DNA from: Nageia nagi
Lineage: Eukaryota > Plantae > Pinophyta
DNA: 64,000 bases
Assembly: GCA_050084985.1 (NCBI GenBank)
Contig: JBITNC010000001.1
Location: forward strand, 114,886,001 to 114,950,000
Reading direction: 5' to 3'
In this document: positions 1 to 14,099 of the stretch, piece after piece
Position numbering within the stretch: position 1 is the first letter of the stretch
Layout of the letters: each line of letters starts with the position of its first letter
Notes under the pieces: model-generated
What the model was told of the DNA's origin: nothing
The model's database searches: none
What the model saw: the letters and a program-made list of their open reading frames with translations, nothing else
Position numbers and translations under genes: made by a program

Positions 1-949
1 AGTCCATGTGACTCAACAAGATGAAGAAGATGTCGGCCATAGGCTGTAATAGAAGCATTCCTCTCTGCTGGAGTCCTTTGCATGCCAAAATCACATAGGT
101 CCTACTCTCGTGTACAAAATGCATCTTTCTCTAGCTCTTGTATAGGTGTCTGACAATCCCCCGTCCTAGCAATAAAATCTCCTATGATGAAGACATCTCC
201 CATAGAGGAAAAATGTGTGATATCCCTATAGATGTCTATGAATGGGTCTCCATCCGCATGAAGAGCATATGAAAAAGAAGTAGGTGGGAAGTAACAAACA
301 ACAAGGAAGACATCTCGATCAATAGGAAGGCCACTTTGAATCCAAATCCACCAAAATCGTGAGTGGGGATCTGCTGACAGTAGGGAGATGCGAGAACAAA
401 GGTCATCCTGGATGAGGCAAGCTACACCTCCTTATCCTCGGACCCTTCCTGTGCATCGAGTGTCCTGCCTAAAAGCTGAAATCCAATGGAAACTTGTGAT
501 GTTGGGGAGTGCCCGCCTGGGGCTCTCATGAGTCTCTGTAAGAAAGATAGATCTCGAGAAGATATCACATCCTGGAAGGTGCTTGGAACGTCATGTAAAA
601 GGCCAAGGACGTGACCACCATGATGGGCGAGGAGTCACGAATCACAGCTCTACAATCACGGATAACGGCCCATTTGTTGTCCTTTCTTCTAGCAACAACT
701 AGAGCACAAGCCTTGTGTAACTCATCTATTTGAAGTCTTGTTAAAACTTCATCCAAATAATTTTTGTTGGGGAGAGGGAACAATTTCTTCTTGGCTTGAA
801 TGACTTCTAAACGATCACTAGCTATTTGGAATCGGATAACAAGAGTATCATCTGGTGTAGTCGAAGCTTTCTCTAAGTTTATGTTTTTCAGGTCCAAAGT
901 GTCATGAAGGAATGTGTTTCCAGCTTGCAATGAGTACCGGTTTTGGAGA

Positions 950-1470
950 GGCCACAAACTCGAAGGTGATGATCTTCTTATTATGTGTTTGTATGTAGAT
1001 GATCTCATATACACCAGTAGTAGCTCAAATATGAAAGAAGACTTGAAACAAGCAATGATGGATGAATTTGAGATCAAATATTTGGGCCCAATGCATGACC
1101 TTCTTGGAATGGAGGTTTATTAACTTGAAGAATAAATCTTTATTTGTAAAATAGAGTATGCCAATAATATGTTTAAGAACTATAGTATGGAAAAATATAA
1201 GCCTATTCCCACTTCCATTGCTTATAGTGAGGTGTTTTGCAAAGATGATGTAACTGAAAAAGTTGATGTGACAAGGTGCAAAAGAATTATGGAAATTTTG
1301 CTTGTTTTAATGTATATGAATAAACATCTCAAAATCATTTGAAGTCTACTAAGAGAATCTTGAATGGTATGACAGGTACAATTCATTTTGGTATTCATTA
1401 TTTTTTAGCTAATGAGGTAGAGCTATTTATAGTGATTCTAATGGGGGAGGCAATTTGGATGACCAACTGT
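950..1470 (+). pseudogene. Degenerate Ty1/copia reverse transcriptase fragment
   Basis: CLYVDDLIYT...KQAMMDEFEIKYLG..LGMEV motif followed by stops and frameshifts. Confidence 0.85.
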
Positions 1471-1927
1471 AACTGTCATTTACAATTGTTTGATGGCCTA
1501 TGTGTTATGCATTCTCTTTGTCTTGACAATTAGGTAGTAAATATAATTAGTTTACGGGAATAACAAGAATCATTTACAACCTCTACAATATAATAGTATT
1601 AGCCAGTAGTAGAGAATTTTTGTTAGTTTTATCATTATGTGTGTACCTCCTTTTCCTTTTATTATGTACGAGTTAATAGAAGGCTATCATTGATACTTTG
1701 CGCTGTGTTAAAAACTATAATACTTATGCATTATTTGTTGTTTTGTGATGGTGCAAATGAGTGCAAATGTTTTAGAAGGCAGATATCTATATTAGTACTA
1801 AGGCCTTGTTGGTCTTAAGGTGGAGAGAGTTTGCGTTCTTGATCTTATAAACATGGATCAAGTTTCATTGTAAGCTTATTGAAAGAAGACTTCACTTGTT
1901 TTTTTATTTTCCTGGCCAAGAACAACT

Positions 1928-2165
1928 ACTCTCTCCCTATTCCAAAATTCAATGGACAAGATCATGATTAAACAAAAATGTATATATGCCAAACAACACA
2001 AGTTGGTCACTCAATATAATAGCAGTCCCTTAATTTTTTCATAGAAAACTCTCTCCATATTCTAGAATTTAATAGACAAGATTATGATTAAATGCAAGTA
2101 AAGATGTCAAACAGCACAAGTTGGTTCCCCTAAAACCTTAACAGTCCTCTTCACTCTTTTCAAAG
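1928..2165. repeat. Diverged tandem duplication, 2 x ~120 bp
   Basis: The pattern actctctcc.tattc..aatt.aat.gacaagat.atgattaaa...caaaca.cacaagttggt occurs twice. Confidence 0.75.
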
Positions 2166-2509
2166 AATTATTTGTGAAACTTTTGTGGTGCCTACTCCTT
2201 TCATTACTTCCTTACCCACTTCATCCTATCATGCAAAGGTATCAATTATAATCCTTAACCACATAGCTCGCATGCAGACATTCACAACCATTAATAGAAA
2301 ACGAAAAAATAATACCCAGAAAATAAGATTTTCAAAACATTGCACAACCTAAATCTACTATAACACCTGACAATTCGCTGCAATTGTACATCAAGTAGGC
2401 ATCAGGAATAAATAAGCATATTATTAGTAATGAAATGTTTATGTTGTTAGCTTTTATTTTCCAGCAAAGAAAAGAATTTGAATTGAATATAGTTCATAGA
2501 TTATCTTGC

Positions 2510-2730
2510 CTTGGCTGATAACTTCCACCAGCTGTACTTCCAAATGGGCCAACACTTGGAACCGATGCAGTTGTATTACTTTGAAAACCTGATTCAGATG
2601 GAATTGAGAATGGTGCTGAAGATGAAACAAAACCACTACGACTTGAATTTGCTGGAGTTTTGTATGGACTGCGAAGAAGACTATTGAATTCTTCGTCTTT
2701 TAAATTAAATAAACTCGCCTCCCTCTGAAC
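2510..2730 (-). CDS. CG1: CG1/NUP42-like exon 6 (VQREASLFNLKDEEFNSLLRSPYK...GPFGSTAGGSYQP); gene continues beyond the window start
   Basis: Acceptor ttcatag is in phase 0 with exon 5. The peptide matches the plant CG1 block VERERNL.NSK..EF.NLLRNPY. It ends at a putative GC donor AAG|GCAAGA; read-through meets TGA after 5 codons. Confidence 0.85.
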
Positions 2731-4030
2731 CTATGAATAATAAATGGAAAAATCCAATAGCTATTATAAACTTATTATACTTCCCATTTAAAGGAAAATT
2801 TACAAAATACGTGTCTTTGTTATTAAAATTAGACACCCTCAAATGAATACTAGAACCAACATACATGAAGTTGAGGAAAATAAAACGAAATTAGCAATAT
2901 CAATGTTTTACAGTTTATACGTTGCAAAACAAATTATGTTTAGGACTGATCTTAATCTTCAGAAATAAGCTTGATTTAGATGTTAAAGACTCTTTCTACA
3001 TATTATCAGAGAGCTCAAATTCTAAAAAGAAAAATGTTTACAACACAACTACCAACATGGAGTGCATAAATCAAAATATTTAATTTAATTATGCTGGCTA
3101 TCAAAAGCTGAATTTAAATCCCACTTGAAAATGCATCTAGTAAGTGCCTCTAGTCATCGTCAATCTAAACTCCTCAACATTTATTAAAGATGCAAAGTGG
3201 TGTATTTTAGTTACAGAACGGCATTTAATTTATTATCAATGAATTTCTAAATTGACAACTAAAGTACTTCATCAAACACAATAAATGCAAACTGCCAAGC
3301 CCAAATACCACTTATATTTTAAGCCAAAAAGTTTAATATTTGTTTCCAACAACCATTGTGATGAGTTTCTAATGATTCTACTGACTATAAATAGAATCCA
3401 AAATGGTCTCTTAGGTGTTTCCTCCAGTTCCAAGAACCCTTGCCACATCTCCACTACCATATATTCTTCAATGAAGTTTTTTGAAATGTTTATATTTTTG
3501 CTTAAGGTATTGCATCAAACACAATGCAATGAAAAATAGTTGTGAATCGTAACCTGGGAGGATCCCAAGTGTAATTCTCCTATGAGCATAGATGAGGATA
3601 AAACCGATCTTGGATTTACTTATGACCATATGGACTAGTGGATGGTTGTAAGGCCACAACCCATAGGATCCCATGGATGCTTAAGAGCAAGAAGGGGATA
3701 CAGGACCTAGTGGTACTGCAGGTTTTGACAATAGAAATGACCCAACAGCACTAACAGTGTTACCTTATTCTGTGGCTAATGTGGAGACTGGACTGAACAT
3801 CGTAGGAGGGTAATCCATGTAACCATATTATTATGTTTTTTGCAATAAGCATCAAGGAGTCAAGATCTCTCATCTTGAAGACCACCACAACAGTGCTCAA
3901 GTGAGGAGAGAGGACATGCTGGAGAGCACATGCTGGCATGTTTTGCAAAGTAAAGTGGGAAACATAAAAATGTGTTTGCCCCAGTGATGGACCTGCATGA
4001 GAGGTTAGCTTTGGCCAAGGCTGTGCTACA

Positions 4031-5166
4031 TGTAATATTCCAAAATTAAGGTGTTCCATTTCTACATGCCAAATTAAGTGGGACGCTCCTCTTCATTGTA
4101 TTTATCTAGCAATTAGGGATATTTTAATATTTTTGTGAAAAGAGGGGCACATAAAAATCATATTTCCACCCTATGACGTTGGACGCTTCATTCTTGGGTG
4201 CAAAAACTAGAGATTGAGCACTCCAAGGGTAGACGTCACATCTCTAGGTGTGCTAGAGTTATTTTAAGTTAAAATAGGTGTCTTTATTATTTTATTATTA
4301 TTTCTGGGCCATATTTGTAATTTGAGGAACTTGTTTACTCCTCAAAGGTGGACTTCAAATATAGGAAGGTTGATTTATTAATTAGGAGTAATTTTTTGTC
4401 TCAGTTGGGTAAGCCAACCACAAATTAGAAAAGGCTTTTCCAAAGAGCACTATAAAAGGAAGATAAGCACATGACTTGAAGACATGTCTTGGTATATTTT
4501 AAATCCCCTTTTGGAGTGTATGCTTCTCTCTCTCTTGAAGGACAAAAACCCTGAGAATAAACCCCATCTTGCGAACGAAAACCCTCAAGTTGGCTTTTAG
4601 GCCCTAGTACCTCATATATTCAGAAAATTAGCCTCATATAGCCCTAATGCATTTCGAGTGCAAACCTACCCTAGTCGCCCAATTTTGAAGGTGAAGGGAT
4701 CCTAGAATCCGTCCTAACCCTAGCAAGTGTGACATCAACTTCAAGGAGACAATTTGGTGAATTTCATAATACTCATCATGGTGTACTTAGCTCCCTAATG
4801 AGACGTCACCCCCTTGGAGACATTTTGAACTCTTTGAGGTCTCATTCTTGGTTTGTTGGATTATATTGGAATTATTGGTATTTATCTCATATTTTTGTGT
4901 CTCATTGATTCACATTAATTTTGGAATATTTGTGCATGAGTTGGATGAATGGTATATTTTACCCTAACTTCCTAATTTTAAGCACTTGCATAATTCTTCC
5001 TATTTTATGAGCAATTTTGGCATTTATTTGAGCTATTTAAATATTTTGTATAAGCTAGGGCATTATTTGGTAATTTTGGAAATTTATCTAAGTTTGGAGA
5101 AATAAGATAGAATTGGAATCTGCTATTTTGCTATAAATTGTGCTTGCCCTAGTTTGGAATATTATA
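4031..5166 (+). mobile_element. Probable solo LTR (gypsy-like)
   Basis: Inverted termini TGTAATATTCCAAA / TTTGGAATATTATA, internal TATAAAAGG, and an aagtgggacg motif shared with LTRs at 29602 and 34971. No TSD retained. Confidence 0.65.
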
Positions 5167-6265
5167 GAGGCAATGCAAGAAGATGGAAGACCAAGATGGA
5201 CCAAGTTTAGTAGTTGACCTAAAAGTGGAGCAACTACAAATGAGGTGGCTAGGTGAACAACAAGGGCTAATATAACCCCTCGAGAGGGTGTGTGGACTAA
5301 CTACTTGGTGATGAAAGCAAGGATTGCATTCTATTGACCGAGCTATGAGAAGAAAAGAGGATGTAGCATCATACAAGTGCAAGTAAAACATAATTTCCCC
5401 TCAAGGTAGCAGGGGAATGTTCACATGAGGATTTTTCTCAAGAATTATCATAGATGTGTTTGTGCAAGAACCATCAGCTTGACAAATGCAGCCTAAGGAT
5501 GACTCAGATGAGGAATAGAGGAAAGTAGGTTTTGCTAGCTACTATAACCTTATTGCATTTGTATAAAATTTCACAAGATAAATGCAAACATTGATTTGTT
5601 GTACAAAATTGTGTTATGGCAAGTAATATGATAGTAAAAATAAATGAAAAGTTAGTAAATCGTATCTTCAGTTATTCATAAACATTATGTCAATAATTTC
5701 TGAAATCTAAAACATGCCATAATACATTGACAAGAACTTTGAAATTGTGTTAGGTGCATTACGTGTGATAATTGTGATTGATCTTATAAAAAAACTAAAG
5801 GGATAATGCCAAGAAACAAGAAACGAAGACTTAAAACATCAGTTGGAAAACAAATAATTTGAAATAATTGGATGAAATTAGATACGAGAAATGGCAAGGA
5901 AAGGAGAAAACAAAAATAAATGGCCAAAAAGAAAAAAGGAAATGAGAAAAAGAAAATAACAACAAAAAAAGATTTGAAGGATCCGATTCCAACCTCAAAA
6001 ATCAAAAAGTGCCAACTACACCATTGCCCTTGGAGGACAATCTGCAACTGGTTGTCTGCTAAAGAAATCATCATGTTGATACAAGCTTTGGATCAAGCCC
6101 TCAAAAAATGTATTGATTTGTTTTTGGGTACTATCCTAAAATGCCTACATTCTAGTTGCTCTAGTCCCTCAACATCTGTAATGTAGGCTTGCCTTGGGAC
6201 AGGCTATATTTGAGCCTAAGATACTTCTAAATGACTATTACGCTATTCAGAAGATCCAATGGTAT

Positions 6266-7199
6266 TGCAAACAAGGGTGAAGAAAACACCAAGGAAAATT
6301 AACTTTAACACAAATATGATGCCCTAAATTTGAAAAATTAGGGTTTTCAAAAATAAATGAGGATCTAAAACCAAAAAACTTAAGGATTTAACAAACAACT
6401 CATGCAAAAATAAAACAAAGAGTTGGGTTCACCAATTTGTAGGTACAAAAAGAAAACAATGTGTTAAAATATGAACAATTAACTGTCTACTAAATGAAAA
6501 TAGATTAATGCTAAATGTAATATAGAAATCTAGCAATTTGAATCATGTAATATTTACAATTACGAATTAAGAGAATACTTATACGGAATTAGAAGCTTGG
6601 AGGACGAATCTTGACATTCTGGCGCAAACTGATGACAAAATTACAATATGCTCAGCTGGATTCCACTTGAAGGAAAGGTTCAAGGTCAATTTAGATCAGG
6701 GACTAGATCACTTGCATTCTAGAACACAAGTTCTAAAATGCACACATTCTGAGCTTGGCAATATCTTGAGATGTGGGAACCTCCATCAAATGTGTTATGC
6801 AATGCTCTACAAGATTCTAACAATCTCCTAGCAACAGTTTGTTGTAATATGATGAAAATGACTTGAGGAAAAGCATAGACGAATATGATCAATCTTCCAG
6901 AAGATATTAACATTAGAGCATTTTGATGAGCATGTACAGCCATGGATGTAAAATCCCAAGATCTCTATGTATATCAAATGAGCTTTTGCTTTTTCTCTTA
7001 TATAGACTTGGAGAAATCTAACTTTGAATTCACCTTGGTGTAATCTCCTAGGCCAAGGTGTACACAAATAATGTGAGATTAGAAGATTTTATTCAAGTTA
7101 ATTTCCAAAATGATCCAAAAGAGGTTACAAAATTGACATTTTACATCGATCAAATAAACACCAGACGTAAAAAAGATTTTAAAAAGCTAGGTGTCTACA
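6266..7199 (-). mobile_element. LTR-like remnant (Tat/Ogre-type start TGTAGACACC)
   Basis: Minus-strand start TGTAGACACCTAG at 7199 and a TATA-like motif near 6995-7005. The far end is uncertain. Confidence 0.45.
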
Positions 7200-10100
7200 A
7201 TGCCATATTATGAGACTATTTCAATGAATTTCACAACACATTCAAATGGCTTTTCCATGTGCTTTACACCTTGTTGTGATAAAAATTATTGAATATTCCT
7301 AAAATCTGATTTTGTGGATGAACTAGTTTTGTTGGCTGATTTTGCTAGGTAGACTACGCAGGTTGGGGATCATCATCAAACTTGATCACTTTTTTATCAA
7401 TCAAATCATGTACAAACACTCTCAATTTTCTACATTTTTCTGTTGTATGCCTTTATTTTGTTGATAATTACAGAGTTCCCAAACCTATAACCTTCACGCA
7501 CATTGTTAGAAAAATGATCCTCTCTTCTTGGAGGTAGCTCAATTATTTGTTCTTTTACCAAGATGTCTAAAATTGAACTAAGGCTTTTATGACAGCCAAA
7601 ATATTTCATGTGATGTCTTTGGCTTGAAACATGTTCTACATTTGTTAAAACTATTATGTGGTTATTCATATTTTTTTCCATATCAAATTTTGTTGTGTTA
7701 TCTTTCTTATTTGCACTTGTCTTCCTCTTTTCGTATTTCAATTTAGCACATTCTAAGAGAACTTCACAACACACCCCAAAATAAAAGATTTTAGGGACCC
7801 TATTTTTGCAAATTTGGAGACCCACTCTGGATCAGACAATGAAAAGAATCGACATAGATGGCAAAGAATTAATCATGAGTGTTTTGAAGGAGATGTTGTT
7901 GCTAAAGATGGTGCACAAAGGCTAATCGTGAGACACTGTGAGATAGTTCAGTGTGTCATACTATCAATTTTGGAGCTTTCAAGGTTCCTAAATCCAGAGA
8001 ATGGCTTTTCTAAATAGTGACAACAGTTTTGTTGAAGATTTGGCAAGGATAAAAGGAAAATATGCACCGTGCAAAATGACTCAATTTTGATCTCAAAGCA
8101 AGTGCTAAATGGGAAATTAAGTACCTTTGCTCTTGGAACTTCTTGAAAATAGTCAAAATTGAGCAAATGATGGATAGGCACTTTTACTCTCTTTGATCAT
8201 TTTGGAGAGAGAAAAGATGCCCCCAAGATGAAAATGATGAAAATTTTAAACCAATTCAAAGAAAATTTTAAACCAATTCAAATGCAAAGTTTGAAGTTGT
8301 GGTAGAGTGGGAAATCCAAAATAGAGCAACTTTAAACTTGGAAGTTTTCAAAATGGAGCAAAATTGCAAATTTGGTGAGTAGGCATAGTTTTTCTAATCT
8401 ACACACTTCTTGGAGCTTGAAAGAACAAAATGTGGCATATGGGTATTTTGAAGGGTACAAAGATAGACAAATTTAAGCTTGCAACATCCAACTTTGCACC
8501 AAATTTGCTGCCTCTCCCACCTAGGCACATATTTTTGGCGTTTGACCCCTCAAAAGGAGAAAAAATGCGCCTAGCAAGGTTGTGTGTCAAGTTTTGAGAT
8601 TTGGCAAATGATAAATTGCAAACATGGGTATTTTGGAGCATCAAAAACCAAGACTCTTTGCTCTTGGAAGTCCCCAAAATGCTTCAAAACTCCTCCTCTC
8701 CCATCTAGAAACACATTTTCCAATTGAACATGAGAAAAAGTTGACAATTGAACCCATAAGAATGCAAAATCCAAGACATGGATATTGAGGGAGATCAATT
8801 TCTAAGCACTTTTGCTCTTACAAGTTTAAAAATTGGATCAAGATTGCTCCTCCCCCATGAAGGTGCACATTTCTAGGTTATGGAAATTTGAGAAAAAAAA
8901 AACGTGCACCTAAGGGAGGAGTGATTCAATTTTTGATAAAATTTTGATTTTGATTTTGAAGACATACACATGGCTAGGACAGAAATACAAGCACATTGGT
9001 CTTGAAAATTTTCAAAAAAAAAAAAGACAAAATTGTGCAAAGGAGGACTAGGCGCACATTTTCTAGCTAAGGGAAGCATGAGATAAAAAGAGAACTTGCA
9101 CCTAGCAAGCTTGTGCACATGAACTTTCTCAAATTTACAAGTTGGCCAATCAAAATTCCAAAACATGGGTATTGTGTGGGATTGAATTCTAAACCACTTT
9201 GCACTTGGAAGTTCCCAAAATGGTTCAAAACTCCTCCTCTCCCACCTAGGTGCGCATTATCTAGCTTTACTCATCATCCAAAGTGCAAAAACACCTCATT
9301 GCCTAGTGTGAAAAGGGTCATTTTGGCCAATTTTCAAAATCACAATTCAAAGGCATGAGAGGATGGAGCATCAAAGAATTAGCACATTAGCCTAAGAAAC
9401 TTTCAAAAAAGACAAAAATCATACAAAGGGTGAGTAGGCGCACATTTTCTAGCTTTATTCCCTTTAGGTGCATTTTCAAATAGCAAAACCTTCACCAAGC
9501 ATGCAAATGGCCCTACGGAGCATGCACAATGCCTCCTCAAGAAGGAAAGGGGCAAATTCAACGTCTATGAGGTGAGAAATGAGTCCAAAGCCTTACAAAT
9601 ACAAGAAAACCCCATCATTTGCATCACAAACCTCTCATATTGCTCTCCAAGCTTGCATTTTACAAGCCAAAACCCATCAAACAAACAAAATGCTTTCCCA
9701 TGCTCAGAACATGTTTTGAAGATCCCAAATTCTCCAAAAACTTGGCAAATTTCTTCTTGATCCATTTCTCACCCATCCATGGCCTCAAAATCACTTTTTA
9801 AAAATTTTCCAAACTCACCCCTCCCCCTCCATTTTTCGATAAAATCGACCAAAAATTGACTTGTTTGAAAAATCTTCTCAAAATTGCTCAAACTTTTGCC
9901 AAGATGTTCACATGAAGGACAAATTTGTTGAGAAGGAAACCTTTCCACTTACTCGGCAATCGCCTAGACTATCAAGACGAGAAAGCGACCCAGCATTTAT
10001 GTGAGAATGTGTTGCTAAACTCCTCTTGTAAGGCCTGATACCCCAAGGTTTCTATCAGAAAGCTCGTGTCATTAATACAAGCTTTAAAATGTGTAGGTCT

Positions 10101-13100
10101 TGTTTCGGAATCAGCTAAATGGTGTAATAGAGGTAATAACTATTAACTCATATTTTTTTCAGGCACTGAGGTGTTTTATTTTGCAATAGTTCAAAAGTTG
10201 CTATAGTTTTTAAAGAAAGTGTAAAATAAAGAAAAAAAAGGGGGACAAGAATGTTTCAATACTGGTGAGATGATAAAGAAAAGGTCACAATGAAGCAATG
10301 TCTAAGGTTTCCTACTTTTGGATCATTCAAGAAGTTTCATTCAAAGTCCTCTACAAGCAGGACCGATGTAATCAAAAGAAAGACACAACACAACAAGTGT
10401 GCACAAACTTTGTTTCGAATGAGGAAATCTAATTTAATGTCATAGAAAGAAGAAAAGCTCAATATACATTTACTTACTATGCAAATTGTGGATAGGCAAC
10501 GATTTGGGAGTGATTCAAAAACTTTTAAAAAAATTCAAAAGAAAATTCCTAAAATTCGAAAATTTTCAAGTAAAAGCATGAAAGATTCTGAATCATCTCA
10601 AAAAGCTCCAAAATGGTTAAATCCACAATCTCACAAATGACAAATCTCTTTGTTTCAAGTATTCCACCACTTTGTATTAAATTCGTGTGAAAATTACAAG
10701 AATACATCAATTTGTCAATTTTCAAACAATTTTGCACTAAAAACATTCAGCTTTAGAAGTGACCCCCTATGGTCTATTTATAGACTTTTTAGGTCAAATT
10801 TGAGGGTGTTGCCCTAATTCTTAAAAAAGCTTTAAAATGCTAAATTGAGATTACAATGTTATTTTAGTGGGAGAACAATACTCATCCCATTAAAATATGC
10901 TAAAAATAAAATATTTACAAAAATTGATGCCCTCTAGCATGGATTTCGAGGCATTAAGTGGATTTTTTGGTCTATTTTTTGAAAAAAGACAGAGGGGGTC
11001 CAAAATTTGGAAAAAATTTAAAAAGTGGATTTGCTCATGGATGGATGGATGGATGGAGGATAGGATTATAAGGTACTTGGCAAGTTTTGAGAGGTTTTGG
11101 GGCTTTTAGAAGGTTTTGAGAAAGATTTGAAGTTTTTGAAAAAAAATTCGATTTTCATGTCTATGGATTTTTTTGGTAGAAAAAAGTGAAAATTTCCATA
11201 GGAATGAAAAAAGCCTCCTAGATTTTTGAGCACTTAAAATTGCTCAAATCGAAAAATTCCCAAGTTTAAATGTGCTCAAAATGTGCCCTTCCATGAAATG
11301 AAGGAAAAATTTTCGAATTTTGCGCAAAATTTATCAATCCTCCTCAAGTTAGGCGATAGTTTTCACCTCGTTGGAATTCTAATCACTTGAAAAACTGCGT
11401 CTAGCTTTTTGGTGCCTTTAAATTGCTCAAAATTGAAACTTTGAAAGTTTAAATGTGCTTGGAATGAGATCTTTTATCCATTTATGCTTTCAAATTTGGT
11501 TTTTGATCAAAAATCCATTTTCCTCCTTGACTCGGGTGCCAAAAAAACACTTCATTGGAATTCTATTGGCATGAAAACATGCACCTATGCTTTTAGGGCA
11601 TTTCCCTTGCTCAAAAGGGAAATTTTGTAGATCTAAACCTTCTTGAAATGCCCTTTTCCTTCCTCCCAAGCCCTCAAACTTGACTTTTGGACAAAATTTA
11701 TCTTTTCTCCTCAGGCTAGGCACCAAAATTATTCCCATTGGATTTCCATAGCCATGAAAACATGCACCTAGCCTTTTGGGCCTCAAAACTTGCTCAAATT
11801 CGAAAAATTAAAGACCTAAATGTGCTAGAAATCATCATTTTCACCTAATGGACACCTCAAACTTGATTTTTGATGAATTTTGCACATTTTCCTCCAAGTT
11901 AGGCACCATTTTTCACTCCAATGGATTTAGAAAAATTAAGAAAACTGTGCCTAGCTTTTAGGTGCTGACAAATAGCTCAAGTTCAATTTTTCCAAGACCT
12001 AAATGTGCTCAAAATCACCTTTTTGACCCAATGAACCCCTCAAACTTGTGTTTTGATCAGATTTTGTCAATTTTTTTCATTCTAGGCATTATTTTTCACT
12101 CCATTGGAATCCCATAGCCTTGAAAGCCTATGCCTAGCCTTTAGGGTGCTCAAAATTGAAAATTTTGACACCTGAATGTGCTTAGAACCATGTCTTCCTT
12201 GTTCCCAAGCATCTAAATTCGTTTTTTGAGCAAAAAACACTTCATCATTTCATTCTAGGTGCCAAAAATCAGCCCATTGGATTTGGAATCATTTGGAAAC
12301 TTGCACCTAGGAATTTTGAGGTCTAAACTTGCTAAAATCAAAAATTTTGGGACCTAAAGTGCCTTAAAACCATCATTTCCATCCATATATGCATTTACAT
12401 TTGAATTTCGATGCATTTCCACTTTTTCTCCACAATCTAGGCACCAAAAATCATCTCTATGGATTTCCTATAGATTTGAAAAATTGCGCCTAGGATTTGA
12501 GTGCCTTAGACTAGGTCAAAATCGAAAATTTCAAGTCCTAATTGTGATAGAATTCACCTTATCTCTCCAATAACACTCTTAGACTTGAATTTCGACACCA
12601 TTTGTATTTATCTTTGAAAAACGTGAACCATTGTCCCCTCAATTGGTTCTTCAATACCTTGGGAAAATGTGTCTAGCGCCAAGGGTACTCAAACTTGCAT
12701 TTCCGACCCATTCTGAACTTAAAATGTATATTTTTGGCCACTCTCAGCGTTTTCGAGCTCAAACTCGACTAAAACGCTCTTTCCGACATCTTCATGCTCA
12801 AACTCTGCATTTTCGATGATTTCCAAGCTCAAATGATGCAAAAACGACCATTTCTACCTTTCCGGGCTCAAACTTGTCATTTTCAGTCATTTCCGACATT
12901 TCTTGGACCAAAGTGTGAAAAAAGACCATTTCTAGCATTTTTGGCCATTTTCAACTCAACTTTGCATTTTTCACCATTTTCGGGCTCAAACGGTGTAAAA
13001 ATGCACATCTTTATTGTGCTAACCACTTCCGAGCCCAAAAATTGATCAAAACATGCTTTTTCGTGATAATGATCATTTTGAGCTTTCCAAGCTCATACTT

Positions 13101-13332
13101 GACAAAAACGCTTATTTTTGTCACCTTAGCTATACATACACTACTCCTTGACTTAAACTTGAGAAAAGCGCTCATTTTCGTCACACTTGGCACTTGTGAG
13201 CTCAAACTCTGCAAAAACAACCCCATCTCCATTGGGTTCACTCTAGACCCAAAAAATCATGCTCTGATAATCTCTCTCATATCCTGGCTCCTTGGCTGCA
13301 AAATCGGTGATTGGATACTCTGATACTCTACA
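7200..13332 (-). mobile_element. Large degenerate Tat/Ogre-like gypsy element (long LTR ~9970-13332, repetitive leader, gag remnant ~7300-7800)
   Basis: Minus-strand TGTAGAGTATC start at 13332, CTATAAATAG near 10773-10782, PBS-like taggcgattgccg near 9954-9966, many short GCACCTAG/CTAGGCGCAC motifs, and gag-like text 'ILDILVKEQIIELPP...VHDLIDKK'. Confidence 0.55.
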
Positions 13333-14099
13333 GTTGTTTTCTTTCTGGAATAATGCATTGAAGAATGCAACGAAACTTTTCATTTCACAGGATTATGCAT
13401 GCATCCTTTAAGGTTTTCTAACTAGTTAAATAGTTCCTTTGCTTATGTCCATTCTCTTTGAAAACTAAGAGTTTTAAGGGAAGCTAGTTGAATATATTTT
13501 GAAGTGGTTGGATTGTTTATTGCATAGTTTGCATATTATGTGGATGTACTTTGGATAAAAGGTTCTTCTTATAACATTCAATTAGAAGTTCATATTCATA
13601 TGATGATCATTTCGTTTCACCTACATCTATCATTCAGTTGCTCATACTAAATTGAATAGCTTTGTGCTCTTACTTAGTAGCAACTTGAGCTCTACTATTT
13701 GTTGCTAAGTTTGATGAATGAATATTGCTTCTTAAATAATCCGAGGAGTGAACTGTCTAGACAATTCATCACTAGTGAATAGTTTATTTTGCTCATTTTG
13801 TTCAAGTTCCCAGCATTATCCCCACATTTGTGATCTTTCTTCGCTTTCGTTCACCTTTGTCTTCTTTCTTTGCTTTCGTTCACTTAGTTTATGATCCAAG
13901 TCATTGTAGAGTCTACATTGTAAATGGTTAATAGTTCTCATCTCCCACAACTTGAGTAATCCCCTTTTCTAGACATGAGAAACCTTGGAGTAGAGAATCC
14001 TTCTAATTAGGAGTAGGTAATGTTGCTTCACCTAAGTGAGTTGGTTTGCTCAAAAAGAAAGAAAAACATACCAACACAATCTACTAATTTAAATTTGAA

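Noticed and set aside
565-1077. 170-aa minus-strand ORF as a host gene
   Set aside because: Its start is antisense to a copia RT remnant, it has no recognisable domain, and it is probably a TE-fragment junction.
2454-2636. 60-aa minus-strand ORF
   Set aside because: It is an alternative frame overlapping CG1 exon 6.
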